64,000 nucleotides of DNA from Terriglobia bacterium (GCA_963664115.2 CAXWPJ010000002.1:160001-224000); one strand, 5' to 3'. Positions 51,085-61,123 are shown, numbered from the stretch's first letter. Notes: generated by a model not told the origin, from the letters alone. Numbers and translations: made by a program.

Positions 51085-51933
51085 ATGTATTCCGCGCCGA
51101 TTCGCACACCGTTAACACTCACGCTCAAACAGCGCTTGAAAGACGCGGTCTTCAAAAACCGACACCCCTTCTCTTTCGGTTTGTCCCGCACCACCCGTCC
51201 CGAAACGATTTTTAGTGGAATCCGGGAAGTCGACCAGCTATCCACCGGGTTTCCCCGAGGCCGGATTACTGAGATCGTTGGACCCAATTCGTCAGGACGG
51301 ACCAGTCTTCTGCTCTCCACACTGGCCCAAGTCACTGATAAAGAAGAGGTCTGCGCTCTTATCGATCCGGCCGGCATTTTCGACCCTGCATCCGCAGTCC
51401 ACATCGGGGTCGATCTGGAACGACTCCTCTGGATCCGTACCCCGAAGCCCGACATCGATCCAACGCTCAAAGCGACGGATCTGCTGATTCAAGGAGGTGG
51501 ATTCGGATTGATCGGGGTCGACTTCGGGGGGTTTTCTCATGGTGAAATCGGCCGCGTTCCGCCCTCTTCATGGTTTCGGCTACAACGTGGGGTGCGAAAC
51601 ACGCCCACCATATTGCTTTTCATCGGACGGAAAGCATGCACCCGGGCATGCGCTTCCCTGGTCCTCGGTCTGGAACTGAACCACACGCATTGGACCCCGG
51701 GGCTCTTTGAGGGAATCTGCCCACAAGTTGAGATCCTGCGGTCCAGAATTGATTCCGGCATCAGCTGGAACCGGACACCGCAACGTTTTTTTATCCAACC
51801 CGCACACTTTCGGGCTATTGCCCCTGACCCGAATGACCCGGATGAACCGGATGACCCAGCCGAAAGTGCACCCTCAAAAAACAAGGAATCGAATATCTCG
51901 AATATCGAAGGAGTTCCCTGCCATGAGTTCTAG
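51085..51933 (+). CDS. imuA: ImuA (RecA-like accessory protein of the mutasome)
   Basis: SGIREVD...GFPRGRITEIVGPNSSGRTS and GVDLERLLW motifs; first gene of the imuB-dnaE2 cassette. Confidence 0.8.
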   Translation: MYSAPIRTPLTLTLKQRLKDAVFKNRHPFSFGLSRTTRPETIFSGIREVDQLSTGFPRGRITEIVGPNSSGRTSLLLSTLAQVTDKEEVCALIDPAGIFDPASAVHIGVDLERLLWIRTPKPDIDPTLKATDLLIQGGGFGLIGVDFGGFSHGEIGRVPPSSWFRLQRGVRNTPTILLFIGRKACTRACASLVLGLELNHTHWTPGLFEGICPQVEILRSRIDSGISWNRTPQRFFIQPAHFRAIAPDPNDPDEPDDPAESAPSKNKESNISNIEGVPCHEF

Positions 51934-53563
51934 CGCAAAGATCATCGAGCATCGCCTCAACAAAAACACCAAGCCCGGCCCTCTCTCCGGTCCAACATAT
52001 GGCTGCATTCATATTCCCGACTATCCGGTTCAGGCCTTTATACGTAATGAACCCGATTTGCGACGGCGGCCGATGGCCATCCTCAATGGCACATTCCCTT
52101 TATTTACAGTGGTCGCAACGAACACGTTTGCCCGCGGGTTGGGCGTCCAAATCGGAATGACAAAGCTCCAAATCGAGCGTTTCCCCGATCTCATCGTACG
52201 TCACCGATCCGAGAAACAGGAAGATTCCGCACATCACGCCCTCATCGATTGTGCCAACTTTTTCACACCCCGCGTGGAAGATACGGCAACGGATACGGTC
52301 GCGCTCGATCTGAACGGATTGTCCCAACTGTGGGGCACACCCCGTGCCATGGCACAAAAGTTATTTCGAGCAGCCGATAAACTGGGACTGGAAGCCCACA
52401 TCGCCATCGCTTCGAACCCGGATGCAGCGATCCATGCTGCAAAAGCGGAGGCCGGTATCACTGTCATTGCGATGGGTGATGAGACCAGAAGATTAGCGTC
52501 CCTCGATCTTGACATCCTCGCCGCATCGGAAGAAATCCGGGCATCGTTCAGCCGCTGGGGGCTTCAGACTTTCCAGGATCTGGTCCGGCTTCCCGAGATC
52601 GGCGTGGTAGAACGCCTGGGCCAGGAAGGCCTGAAACTCCAACAGATGGCACGTGGAGAAACAAGCCGTCCTTTGCGGATTTTAAATGAAAAGCCATGCT
52701 TTAAAGAATCCATGGAACTCGATGATTCCATTGATTCATTAGAGCCGCTAACATTCATCTTCAGTCGGCTGTTAAACCAGCTCTGCCAACGGCTGGAAGC
52801 CCGCAACCGGGCCACCGACGCATTGTGCCTCAGCTTGACGCTTGAGCCCTTGACGCTTGAGCCCTTATCGATGGAAAAACCCCTCAAGGAAGAAGATGCA
52901 GGAGATGAAAAAGACGCAGAAGACCCGGGAACATCACCCCACCGTTTCGTCCGAACCATCCGCCTGCCAACACCTACGCGGGATTCCAGAGTTTTATTGA
53001 AGCTCCTGCAATTGGATCTGGACGCACACCGCCCCCCTCGACCCGTCATCGGCGTCACGCTTAGCGCGGAACCGGCCCCACCGCGCCGCATCCAGAACGG
53101 ATTGTTCGTTCCCCTGGCACCCGAACCCGAGAAGCTGGAACTCACACTGGCCCGGATTGGAACCATTGTCGGAAACGACCGCATCGGTTCACCCCGCCTG
53201 CTCGATACACATCGCCCCGATCGATTCCGCATCCAGCACTTCACTGTTCCGACCCGATCGAAAGCCAGACGATTGCCTCGAAACCCGCCGACTTCAATGG
53301 CTCTGCGTATGTTCAGGCCACCTCTGGAAGCAACCGTCGAAAAGCTTGGAGGCCAACTGTCCCGAATCTTCTTCTCAGGCAGATCCGGAAAGGTCACGAC
53401 CGCACGCGGACCATGGAGTACCTCAGGGGAATGGTGGCGCGAAAATCCATGGAACCGGGAGGAATGGGACGTCGAAGTTCAAAGTGGTCAGGACCGCAGC
53501 CTGTATCGCATTTACCAGGACCAGCGGACTTATCAATGGTTCGTCCATGCGACCTACGATTGA
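51923..53563 (+). CDS. imuB: ImuB, catalytically inactive Y-family polymerase
   Basis: ARGLGVQIGMT, FTPRVE, clamp-binding QNGLF and C-terminal GPW..SGEWW motifs; lacks the catalytic DE residues. Confidence 0.88.
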   Translation: MSSSAKIIEHRLNKNTKPGPLSGPTYGCIHIPDYPVQAFIRNEPDLRRRPMAILNGTFPLFTVVATNTFARGLGVQIGMTKLQIERFPDLIVRHRSEKQEDSAHHALIDCANFFTPRVEDTATDTVALDLNGLSQLWGTPRAMAQKLFRAADKLGLEAHIAIASNPDAAIHAAKAEAGITVIAMGDETRRLASLDLDILAASEEIRASFSRWGLQTFQDLVRLPEIGVVERLGQEGLKLQQMARGETSRPLRILNEKPCFKESMELDDSIDSLEPLTFIFSRLLNQLCQRLEARNRATDALCLSLTLEPLTLEPLSMEKPLKEEDAGDEKDAEDPGTSPHRFVRTIRLPTPTRDSRVLLKLLQLDLDAHRPPRPVIGVTLSAEPAPPRRIQNGLFVPLAPEPEKLELTLARIGTIVGNDRIGSPRLLDTHRPDRFRIQHFTVPTRSKARRLPRNPPTSMALRMFRPPLEATVEKLGGQLSRIFFSGRSGKVTTARGPWSTSGEWWRENPWNREEWDVEVQSGQDRSLYRIYQDQRTYQWFVHATYD

Positions 53564-53583
53564 AGAAAGGCAAAGAAAAACCT

Positions 53584-53796
53584 TTCACCGCAGAGGCGCA
53601 AAGACGCAAAAGAAGAAAGAGAAAGACGGGATAGGCTGCCTACATCCCGATCAACCCGCGCAGGTCGGGTTAACAAGAACGTCGTTCGAAACCCATAGGG
53701 ATCTCGTCAAACGAAATCCACACAGACCACCCGTCTTCCTTTGCGTCTTTGCGTCTCTGCGGTTTTTTCTTCTTCCCTCTGCACCTCTGCTGTGAA
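53584..53796. repeat. Intergenic inverted-repeat (REP/MITE-like) element, second copy
   Basis: TTCACCGCAGAGGCGCAAAGACGCAAA ... CTTTGCGTCTTTGCGTCTCTGCGGT, plus an extra half arm CTCTGCACCTCTGCTGTGAA. Confidence 0.8.
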
Positions 53797-53801
53797 TTCC
53801 G

Positions 53802-56800
53802 ATGTATGTCGAATTGCATGCGGCATCTGCTTTCAGTTTTCTTGAAGCCGCTTCACTGCCCGAAGACCTTGCAGCGACAGCGGCACGGATGGACATGGCG
53901 GCCATGGCCATTGTCGACCGGGGGGGCGTTTACGGCGCGCCACGGTTTCACCTGGAAGCTCGACGCGTAGGCGTCCAGCCCCATATCGGCGCTGAAATTA
54001 CAGTTACGGGCGGATACCGCTATCCCCTGCTGGTCGCGACCCGGCAGGGATACCGCAATCTCTGCCGCCTGATCACACACATCAAGATGCGCGCGGTCAA
54101 AGGCGAAGGCACGGCGACACTGGAAGAACTGGCCGAACACGCCGCAGGCCTCATCTGCCTGACCGGAGACGAACGCGGCCCACTGGCTGGAGCACTTGGG
54201 AACGGGGGCGTTTCGGTAGCACGCCAGTGCCTCATTCAACTCACGCATATCTTTGGACGCTCCAATGTCTACGTGGAATTGCAACGCCACTTTGACCGCC
54301 AGGAAGAAGCCCGTCTCGAGGCCTGCTGTGAACTTGCCGATCACATGCGGCTCCCGATTCTTGCGACCAATGGCGTCCGGCACACCGACCACCGCGAAAT
54401 CCTGGACGTATTCACCGCGATCCGCAATCACAGAACATTGGAATCCGCCGGACGGCTGCTTTCCAACAACGCCGAACGCCGTTTTAAGAGCCCGAAAGAG
54501 ATGGCCCTCCTGTTCAAAGACCTTCCTGAAGCGATCGCCAACACGGGCGAGCTTTCTTCGAGGCTCGTGTTCACGATGAACGACCTCGGCTACCGCTTCC
54601 CTCCATACGCCGTCCCGGATGGTGACACGATGCACTCGTTTCTTCGGAAAAGAACGTATGAGGGCGCCCACAACCGCTACCGGCCGCTTCATCCGAAAGC
54701 CCGTCGGCAGATCGAACGCGAGCTGGCTTTAATCGAAAAGCTCCAACTGGCTGGCTATTTTCTGATCGTCTGGGACATCGTTCAGTTCTGCCGCAGAGAA
54801 AACATACTGGTTCAGGGTCGGGGTTCGGCGGCCAACAGTGCCGTTTGCTATTCACTGGGGATCACGGCAGTCGATCCAGTGGGGATGGATCTTCTCTTCG
54901 AACGATTTCTTTCTGAAGAGCGTGGGGAGTGGCCTGATATCGATCTGGATTTGCCGAGTGGAAGTCAGCGCGAGCGGGCCATCCAGTACGTCTATGCGCG
55001 CTACGGACGGCGCGGGGCAGCCATGACCGCTAACGTGATCACCTACCGGGGCCGGTCTGCTGCACGTGAAGTCGGCAAGGTGCTTGGCTTCGATCCGGAA
55101 ACGCTCGGCCGACTCTCCAAGCTGGTCAGTCGCTGGGAATACCAGGACCCGAACGACAGCCTGGAGGGAAAATTCCGGACTGCGGGACTGGATACAAACC
55201 ATCCCCGTATCCGCAAGTTCATCGAGCTTGCCGTCAGTCTCCAAAAACTGCCCCGGCATCTCGGACAGCATTCCGGCGGCCTGGTGATCTGTGAGGGAAC
55301 CCTGGATTCGATCGTGCCGCTGGAACCGGCATCGATGCCGGGCCGCACTGTCGTTCAATGGGACAAAGACGACTGTGCCCACATGGGCATCATCAAAGTC
55401 GATCTGCTGGGGCTGGGGATGATGGCGGTACTCGAAGATACGATCCAACTCATTCGGGACAACAATAACGAAACAGTCGATCTGGCCCATTTACCCGCAG
55501 ATGACCCCACCGTCTATCAAACGCTTCAGAGGGCCGACACCGTGGGTATGTTCCAGATCGAAAGCCGCGCACAGATGTCCTGCCTGCCCCGTTTGAGACC
55601 CACCCGCTTTTACGATCTGGTCGTCCAGGTGGCCATCATCCGCCCGGGACCCATTGTCGGCAAGATGGTCCATCCATATCTCAACCGTCGGCAGGGCCGT
55701 GAACCGGTTCGCTATGACCACCCATCGCTCGAACCTGTTTTGAAACGGACGCTGGGCGTTCCGCTCTTTCAGGAACAACTCTTACGGCTGGCTATGATCG
55801 CTGCCGGGTTCAGCGGGGGGCAAGCCGAAGAACTCCGCCGCGCCTTCGGTTTCAAACGATCCGAAGAAAAAATGGGCGACATCGAAATCAAATTACGCGA
55901 AGGCATGCAGAAAAGGGGGATCACCGGGGATGCCCAGGACAGGATAGTCGGGTCGATCACATCCTTCGCGCTCTATGGGTTCCCCGAATCCCATGCGGCG
56001 AGCTTCGCACTCATTGCCTATGCCAGTGCATACCTCAAATGTCATTATTTACCGGCATTTACAGCGGCAATCTTAAACAATCAGCCGATGGGGTTTTACA
56101 GTCCCGCGACGCTGGTCAAAGACGCCCAGCGTCACGGCTTGCGTGTCTTGCCCATCGATGCCGCGCGATCGGACTGGCTCTGCAGTCTCGAGAAGAACCA
56201 GATAAAGACCGGCCCGGGAGAGGCGCTCACCCTTCGCCTGGGCTTGAACTACGTCAAAGGTCTCCGCGAAGTGCCCGGACTCCGAATCGTCAAAGAGCGC
56301 AGCCGCAAAGCCTTCACTTCAATAGAAGACCTGGCGCACCGTGTCCCCGAACTTCAAAAAAAAGAATTGACGCTGCTGGCAGAGGTTGGAGCACTGAACT
56401 TCATTCAAAAGGACACGCGCATACACCGTCGTGACGCGCTCTGGCAGGTGGAACGGGCCTCACGACCCTCCGGCCCCTTATTCGACACTACAAAGACGCC
56501 CGATGCGCCTTCCCCGCTGCACCCGATGAACGCTGAAGAACGCCTTCTGGCCGATTTTCGGGTATCCGGCTTAACAACGGGCCCCCACCCGATGGCGTTC
56601 TGCCGGGACCGTCTCGATAGAATGGGGATTCGCCCGGCGGCGGACCTCCACCACACGCCGAACGGGACATGGGTTAAAGCCGCGGGCTGTGTGATTGCAC
56701 GTCAACGCCCGGGAACGGCCAAAGGTTTTGTTTTTTTGAGCCTGGAAGACGAAACCGGCATTGCCAATGTGATATTTACGCCGGACATGTTGGAGCGGAA

Positions 56801-56942
56801 CCGTGCCCTGATTACAGCAGAGCGCTTCATTCTGATCGAAGGCCGGCTCCAGCACGTCGACAACGTTGTTTCTGTAAAAGCACAAAGAATTCACGCGTTA
56901 TCGATAACTGAAGCCCCCACACAGTCCCGGGACTTCTACTGA
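53802..56942 (+). CDS. dnaE2: Error-prone DNA polymerase DnaE2
   Basis: YVELHAASAFSFL, GRGSAANS, PDIDLD, FPESHAASFA, RQRPGTAKG and C-terminal SRDF motifs. Confidence 0.96.
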   Translation: MYVELHAASAFSFLEAASLPEDLAATAARMDMAAMAIVDRGGVYGAPRFHLEARRVGVQPHIGAEITVTGGYRYPLLVATRQGYRNLCRLITHIKMRAVKGEGTATLEELAEHAAGLICLTGDERGPLAGALGNGGVSVARQCLIQLTHIFGRSNVYVELQRHFDRQEEARLEACCELADHMRLPILATNGVRHTDHREILDVFTAIRNHRTLESAGRLLSNNAERRFKSPKEMALLFKDLPEAIANTGELSSRLVFTMNDLGYRFPPYAVPDGDTMHSFLRKRTYEGAHNRYRPLHPKARRQIERELALIEKLQLAGYFLIVWDIVQFCRRENILVQGRGSAANSAVCYSLGITAVDPVGMDLLFERFLSEERGEWPDIDLDLPSGSQRERAIQYVYARYGRRGAAMTANVITYRGRSAAREVGKVLGFDPETLGRLSKLVSRWEYQDPNDSLEGKFRTAGLDTNHPRIRKFIELAVSLQKLPRHLGQHSGGLVICEGTLDSIVPLEPASMPGRTVVQWDKDDCAHMGIIKVDLLGLGMMAVLEDTIQLIRDNNNETVDLAHLPADDPTVYQTLQRADTVGMFQIESRAQMSCLPRLRPTRFYDLVVQVAIIRPGPIVGKMVHPYLNRRQGREPVRYDHPSLEPVLKRTLGVPLFQEQLLRLAMIAAGFSGGQAEELRRAFGFKRSEEKMGDIEIKLREGMQKRGITGDAQDRIVGSITSFALYGFPESHAASFALIAYASAYLKCHYLPAFTAAILNNQPMGFYSPATLVKDAQRHGLRVLPIDAARSDWLCSLEKNQIKTGPGEALTLRLGLNYVKGLREVPGLRIVKERSRKAFTSIEDLAHRVPELQKKELTLLAEVGALNFIQKDTRIHRRDALWQVERASRPSGPLFDTTKTPDAPSPLHPMNAEERLLADFRVSGLTTGPHPMAFCRDRLDRMGIRPAADLHHTPNGTWVKAAGCVIARQRPGTAKGFVFLSLEDETGIANVIFTPDMLERNRALITAERFILIEGRLQHVDNVVSVKAQRIHALSITEAPTQSRDFY

Positions 56943-57178
56943 GACCCCATTTGGGGCTGACGCCGGGCAATTCTCGCAACGACCACTCGCATTCCCTCAC
57001 TATCCACCCAATACACAAGCCGAAAATCTTCATGCCGCAGGCGGTACTTGTCTGCTCCGCTAAGCCGCTCAGCGCCTTCTGGAACGGGATCCACGGCCAG
57101 TTTACGAATACGCGCGATCAATCGCCGGCGTGTTTTGAGAGGCACTCCATCCAAGGCCTCGACGGCTCCGGAATTCAT
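56936..57178 (-). CDS. RelE/ParE family toxin (start uncertain)
   Basis: RIRKLAVDPVPEGAERLSGADKYRLRHEDFRLVY, directly downstream of an RHH gene. Confidence 0.75.
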   Translation of the reverse strand: MNSGAVEALDGVPLKTRRRLIARIRKLAVDPVPEGAERLSGADKYRLRHEDFRLVYWVDSEGMRVVVARIARRQPQMGSQ

Positions 57179-57185
57179 ATGGAGG

Positions 57186-57416
57186 TCAAATTTTCCCGCG
57201 ACGCCGAAGGTTGCGGACGACGTCCTCGAACTTGAGTTCGGGTTCCCGCTTGCTTTCATCCAATGCCTCCAGATCCTCGGCATCTTCGGCTAAACCACGC
57301 CTTACAGCGATGTTGACAAGGTCGGACACGCTTTGATCGGTTTCCGCTGCTTTCATCCGGAGAGCCTTATGGAGGCTGGGATCGAAATAGATGGTGGTTC
57401 GCTTCGGATCTGCCAT
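57186..57416 (-). CDS. CopG/ribbon-helix-helix antitoxin
   Basis: KRTTIYFDPSLHKALRMKAAETDQSVSDLVN and AEDAEDL. Confidence 0.85.
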   Translation of the reverse strand: MADPKRTTIYFDPSLHKALRMKAAETDQSVSDLVNIAVRRGLAEDAEDLEALDESKREPELKFEDVVRNLRRRGKI

Positions 57417-57426
57417 GCGCCCACAT

Positions 57427-57466
57427 TAGCGTCATAACGTTATAGCGTCAAGACATTATAACGTCA
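57427..57466. promoter_or_regulatory. Five tandem 8-bp repeats, probable RHH operator
   Basis: TAGCGTCA TAACGTTA TAGCGTCA AGACATTA TAACGTCA directly upstream of the antitoxin. Confidence 0.65.
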
Positions 57467-57533
57467 AAGCTGCGACCGCAGCACTGCCCTGGTCACACGG
57501 GACACACTTCACGCTGGGATATGATTGGGTCAA

Positions 57534-58094
57534 ATGTCCGATCAAGCGATTACGGGATTCGTTCTCGCAGGAGGCCAGGCAAGTCGCATGGGGACCGACA
57601 AGGCTGCCCTGCCCTGGGGCAAGGGAACGCTCGTCGAGCACATGACGGTCCTTCTTTCAGGAGTCGCCACACCCGTCAGGATCGTGGGCCGGGACCCGCT
57701 TCCCGACCTCGAACCCGGCCGCGGCCCTCTCGAAGGCATCCGGACAGCGCTCCGAGCAACAGCGACTGAAAACAATCTCATTACGGCGGTGGATCTCCCG
57801 TTTCTGGACCCGCGATTCCTGGACTATCTGACCACCCGTCTCCGGGCCACCTCAAAAAACCTGCTCCTCTGCCGAATCCAGGGATACGTTGCATTGTGCC
57901 TCGGAGCGCGCCGCGCACTCCTCGGACAGCTGGAGGACTATCTGGGGTCAGGACAACGCTCGATTCAGGGGTTTGCCGCCGTCGTCGAGCACGAAGAAAT
58001 GTCGGAGGACGAACTGCACAGAACCGGTTTTAGCACTGAAATCTTCAGAAACATCAACACGCCGGAAGACTATAAAAGGGCAGGAGAAGCCTAG
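57534..58094 (+). CDS. mobA: Molybdenum cofactor guanylyltransferase
   Basis: VLAGGQASRMGTDKA, GPLEGI, AVDLPFL and FRNINTPED motifs. Confidence 0.9.
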   Translation: MSDQAITGFVLAGGQASRMGTDKAALPWGKGTLVEHMTVLLSGVATPVRIVGRDPLPDLEPGRGPLEGIRTALRATATENNLITAVDLPFLDPRFLDYLTTRLRATSKNLLLCRIQGYVALCLGARRALLGQLEDYLGSGQRSIQGFAAVVEHEEMSEDELHRTGFSTEIFRNINTPEDYKRAGEA

Positions 58095-58182
58095 TTGGCG
58101 TTTCCCTGCGGCCGGCCTTTCAAGTAGCGCGTCCGCGGGAAAGCGATATTCAATCCCGATTTTAGCGGATGGACAAAAGGTG

Positions 58183-60138
58183 TCAGGCCACACCCAGGGC
58201 GCGCAATCCCTGAACTGTAAGCACGGCGGCCCCGTATCCCACACCGGTGTAGAAGAGCAACTGAATGCCCGCAAAACGCCAGGAGTTGGTCTCCCTCTGG
58301 ACAACGGCTACTGTAGCGATGCATTGAAGAGAAAAGAAAAAGAAGACGATCAGACCGATCATACTCGACACCGTAAAGACCCGTTGGTCGGTACCGGCAA
58401 AGGTGGCCGTTCGCATCTGCTCCAACAGTCCTGCAGCCTGCGTGTCTTCGCCTTCCCCTTCTACGGAAAACACGATTGCCATGGCACTGACGAAAACCTC
58501 TCTCGCGGCAAACGCCGAGATCAGGCCCACGCCAACACGCCAGTCCACACCCATGGGTTCCAGTAGCGGTTCAGTGAATTGCCCCAATTGAGCGGCCAGG
58601 GACCGGTCGATCTCCGACTGCACGATCAGCGCTTGCGCCTCATTTCCAGCAATCTGCGGTTGAAAGCTACCGAGCCCGAAATTCGAGAGAAGCCACAGGA
58701 GAATCGCGATGACGACGATAGGCATACCGGCTTTACGGAGATATGAAGATGAGCGCGACCAGGTCATCCGCAGGATCACTTTCCATCGCGGCACGCGATA
58801 TACCGGCAATTCCATCGCCAGGAGCGAGGAATCATCGCCGGGCATGATGAAGCGTCCGACGAGACCGGCGGACAGGGATCCAATCAGGAGGCTGGCCAGA
58901 TAGATCGCCGCCAGGCTCAGCCCCGCCCAGGCAGCATCCGGTACCAGCGCCGCCAACAATAATGCATAGACCGGCAATCGAGCGCTGCAACTCATCAGCG
59001 GAATGATCCACACCGTCAACAATCGTTCCCGCAGGGTCGGAATCGAACGCGATGCGAGGACCGCTGGAATGGCGCAGGCGAAACCCGAAAGCATCGGAAC
59101 AAACGACCGGCCATGGAGTCCCAGATATGACAGAGGCCGGTCCACCAGCGTGGCTCCACGCGCCAGATATCCGGAATCCTCCAGCAGGGTCATCAGGAAG
59201 AACAAGATCACGATCTGCGGAAAAAATACCGCCACGGCGCCCACGCCTCCGATCAATCCTTCAGCAACGAAACGGGCCAGAAGGGCTTCCGGAAACAGAC
59301 CGGTCAGCAGATTTCCCGCGAGGCCAAAGCCCGTATCGACAGCATCCATGAACGGTGTTGCCATCCAGAAGATCGAAGCGAACAATGCCGCCAGCACGAC
59401 CACAAACAGTGGGAAACCGAGATGCTTGTGGAGCGCAAGCTGATCGATCCGCGCGGTGAGTGAGTCACCCTCGACCCGGGTGACGGGCCGGACGAGAGCA
59501 CCGGAAGCATCCAGCATTTTCCGCACCGCGGAGTACGCAGCTACAGGATCGTCACCGAGATCGGACAATGCGTTCGGCTTCCATTCGCGCCGGGCTGCGG
59601 CTCGAAACTCCTCGACAAGCCCTTCGATGCCCTTCCCTTGCCGTGCATCGACCGTCACGATAGGAATCCCTAAGGCCTGGGCCAAGCGCTCCCCATCCAG
59701 CAACTGATCCATTCGTGGAAGCAGGTCTGCCATTGTCAGAATCAGCACGACGGGCTTTCTCTGGCGCGCGACGAAACCGGCGAACTTCAGGTGGCGTTCC
59801 AACTGCGTCGCATCGACAACCAGGGCAAAGACATCCGCCCGAACGGCGGCATCCTGCGACTCGATGACGCGGCAGGAAAGCTCCTCTTCAGGAGAGGGAT
59901 TGACCGAACTGTGCACGCCCGGCAGATCGACGAGCTTGACGGAAGGGCCCCATTCGGGACGGCTCTTGCCCTGAAGCAGGCTGACCGTAACGCCGGGGTA
60001 GTTGGCGGTATGGAAGTGACCGCCGGTGAGAGCATTCATCAGGGTGGTCTTGCCGGAGTTCGGCATGCCCACCAAACACACCGTCAGCGGCCTGGCACTC
60101 TCGTCTGCCAGATCTGCCGCCTCGACGGGCATCTTCAT
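58183..60138 (-). CDS. feoB: Ferrous iron transporter FeoB
   Basis: GMPNSGKT, ANYPGVTV, DLPG, EDSGYLAR, SCSARLPVY and AAREVFV motifs. Confidence 0.95.
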   Translation of the reverse strand: MKMPVEAADLADESARPLTVCLVGMPNSGKTTLMNALTGGHFHTANYPGVTVSLLQGKSRPEWGPSVKLVDLPGVHSSVNPSPEEELSCRVIESQDAAVRADVFALVVDATQLERHLKFAGFVARQRKPVVLILTMADLLPRMDQLLDGERLAQALGIPIVTVDARQGKGIEGLVEEFRAAARREWKPNALSDLGDDPVAAYSAVRKMLDASGALVRPVTRVEGDSLTARIDQLALHKHLGFPLFVVVLAALFASIFWMATPFMDAVDTGFGLAGNLLTGLFPEALLARFVAEGLIGGVGAVAVFFPQIVILFFLMTLLEDSGYLARGATLVDRPLSYLGLHGRSFVPMLSGFACAIPAVLASRSIPTLRERLLTVWIIPLMSCSARLPVYALLLAALVPDAAWAGLSLAAIYLASLLIGSLSAGLVGRFIMPGDDSSLLAMELPVYRVPRWKVILRMTWSRSSSYLRKAGMPIVVIAILLWLLSNFGLGSFQPQIAGNEAQALIVQSEIDRSLAAQLGQFTEPLLEPMGVDWRVGVGLISAFAAREVFVSAMAIVFSVEGEGEDTQAAGLLEQMRTATFAGTDQRVFTVSSMIGLIVFFFFSLQCIATVAVVQRETNSWRFAGIQLLFYTGVGYGAAVLTVQGLRALGVA

Positions 60139-60377
60139 TGCACCAGAATCCAGGAAGCTTCGCGCTTTCGAAGGGCCAGTTGAGTCCCCCGAACGACAAC
60201 CACAAGAGGATCTCCAAGCGGCGTCGATCTCACGACAGCGACCTGTTCATCGGGGGTGAAACCCAGGTCGAGCAGGCGACGGCACTCCCGTTCCGGCCCC
60301 TCAAGTCGTTCGATCCGGTACCACTCGGACATCGTCGCATCTGACAATTTCAATCGGGCTCTGTCTAACTCGACCAC
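60135..60377 (-). CDS. feoA: Ferrous iron transport protein FeoA
   Basis: RRLLDLGF..PLGDPL..VRGTQLALRKREA. Confidence 0.92.
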   Translation of the reverse strand: MVELDRARLKLSDATMSEWYRIERLEGPERECRRLLDLGFTPDEQVAVVRSTPLGDPLVVVVRGTQLALRKREASWILVQ

Positions 60378-60396
60378 TGGAACTCCAATCCCGCTA

Positions 60397-60421
60397 AATG
60401 AAAACGAATATCATTTTCATT
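60397..60421. promoter_or_regulatory. Fur-box-like operator upstream of feoAB
   Basis: AATGAAAACGAATATCATTTTCATT: a 7-1-7 TGAAAAC-G-AATATCA core inside AATGAAAA/TTTTCATT inverted repeats. Confidence 0.7.
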
Positions 60422-60502
60422 GCTTCTTTGACTATCCTCCAATGCCCCCCCCATTCGCAAGCACGTTTTCCGTTTTTTAGGTGGAAACGATGAATTCCCC
60501 GA

Positions 60503-61123
60503 TCACTGGACAAACTCTTCGCTGCGGTGTTCCACGAGGATCTGAATCCCCTTGTAAACGATGAACGGCGACATGATCAGCGCCGCGAGAGGGTCGCCCC
60601 ACCACCGCTCCATACCCGCATTGATCAGAAGACCGATCAGCAACACCATCGAAAGGTAGGAGTTCCCAAACGTAAAGATCGCGGCCGCCTTGAGGGCCGG
60701 GCTGCGCAATTCCATCGCCAGTGCTTTCATATACGATCCGATAATCGGAATAATCAACATCGAAACGGCAGCCAACACCACGCCCAGCAATGTTGCCCCC
60801 GGAGCGCGGCGTTGCCAGAGCTGGTCTACGCTCACCCCCAAAGCGACCAGGCCAACCAGGATATAGCCGCCCGCGACGACAGCGAAGAGCAAACGGTCTT
60901 TGCCTGGATCGATGTCTGGGGTTCCGTAACGGGCAATCCTCCGGGCCAGAATCAGTTCCCTCACTGCGCCGACGAGGGCGTCCATTCCGAAGGCCAGCAG
61001 GACCGCCGATGCGGTACGCACCCAGAGCAGAATCCCTGAGGCCGCCAGCAGCATGTGCACAAATGCAGTTAAAAGGGCCAGGAAAAGAAACTGCCGCAAC
61101 CACAACTGGGATTCGTCAGACAC
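60503..61123 (-). CDS. Cation transporter (CDF-like, TM domain only)
   Basis: SAVLLAFGMD, GVVLAAVS, SPALKAAA and WWGDPLAALIM motifs; next to feoAB. Confidence 0.65.
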   Translation of the reverse strand: MSDESQLWLRQFLFLALLTAFVHMLLAASGILLWVRTASAVLLAFGMDALVGAVRELILARRIARYGTPDIDPGKDRLLFAVVAGGYILVGLVALGVSVDQLWQRRAPGATLLGVVLAAVSMLIIPIIGSYMKALAMELRSPALKAAAIFTFGNSYLSMVLLIGLLINAGMERWWGDPLAALIMSPFIVYKGIQILVEHRSEEFVQ

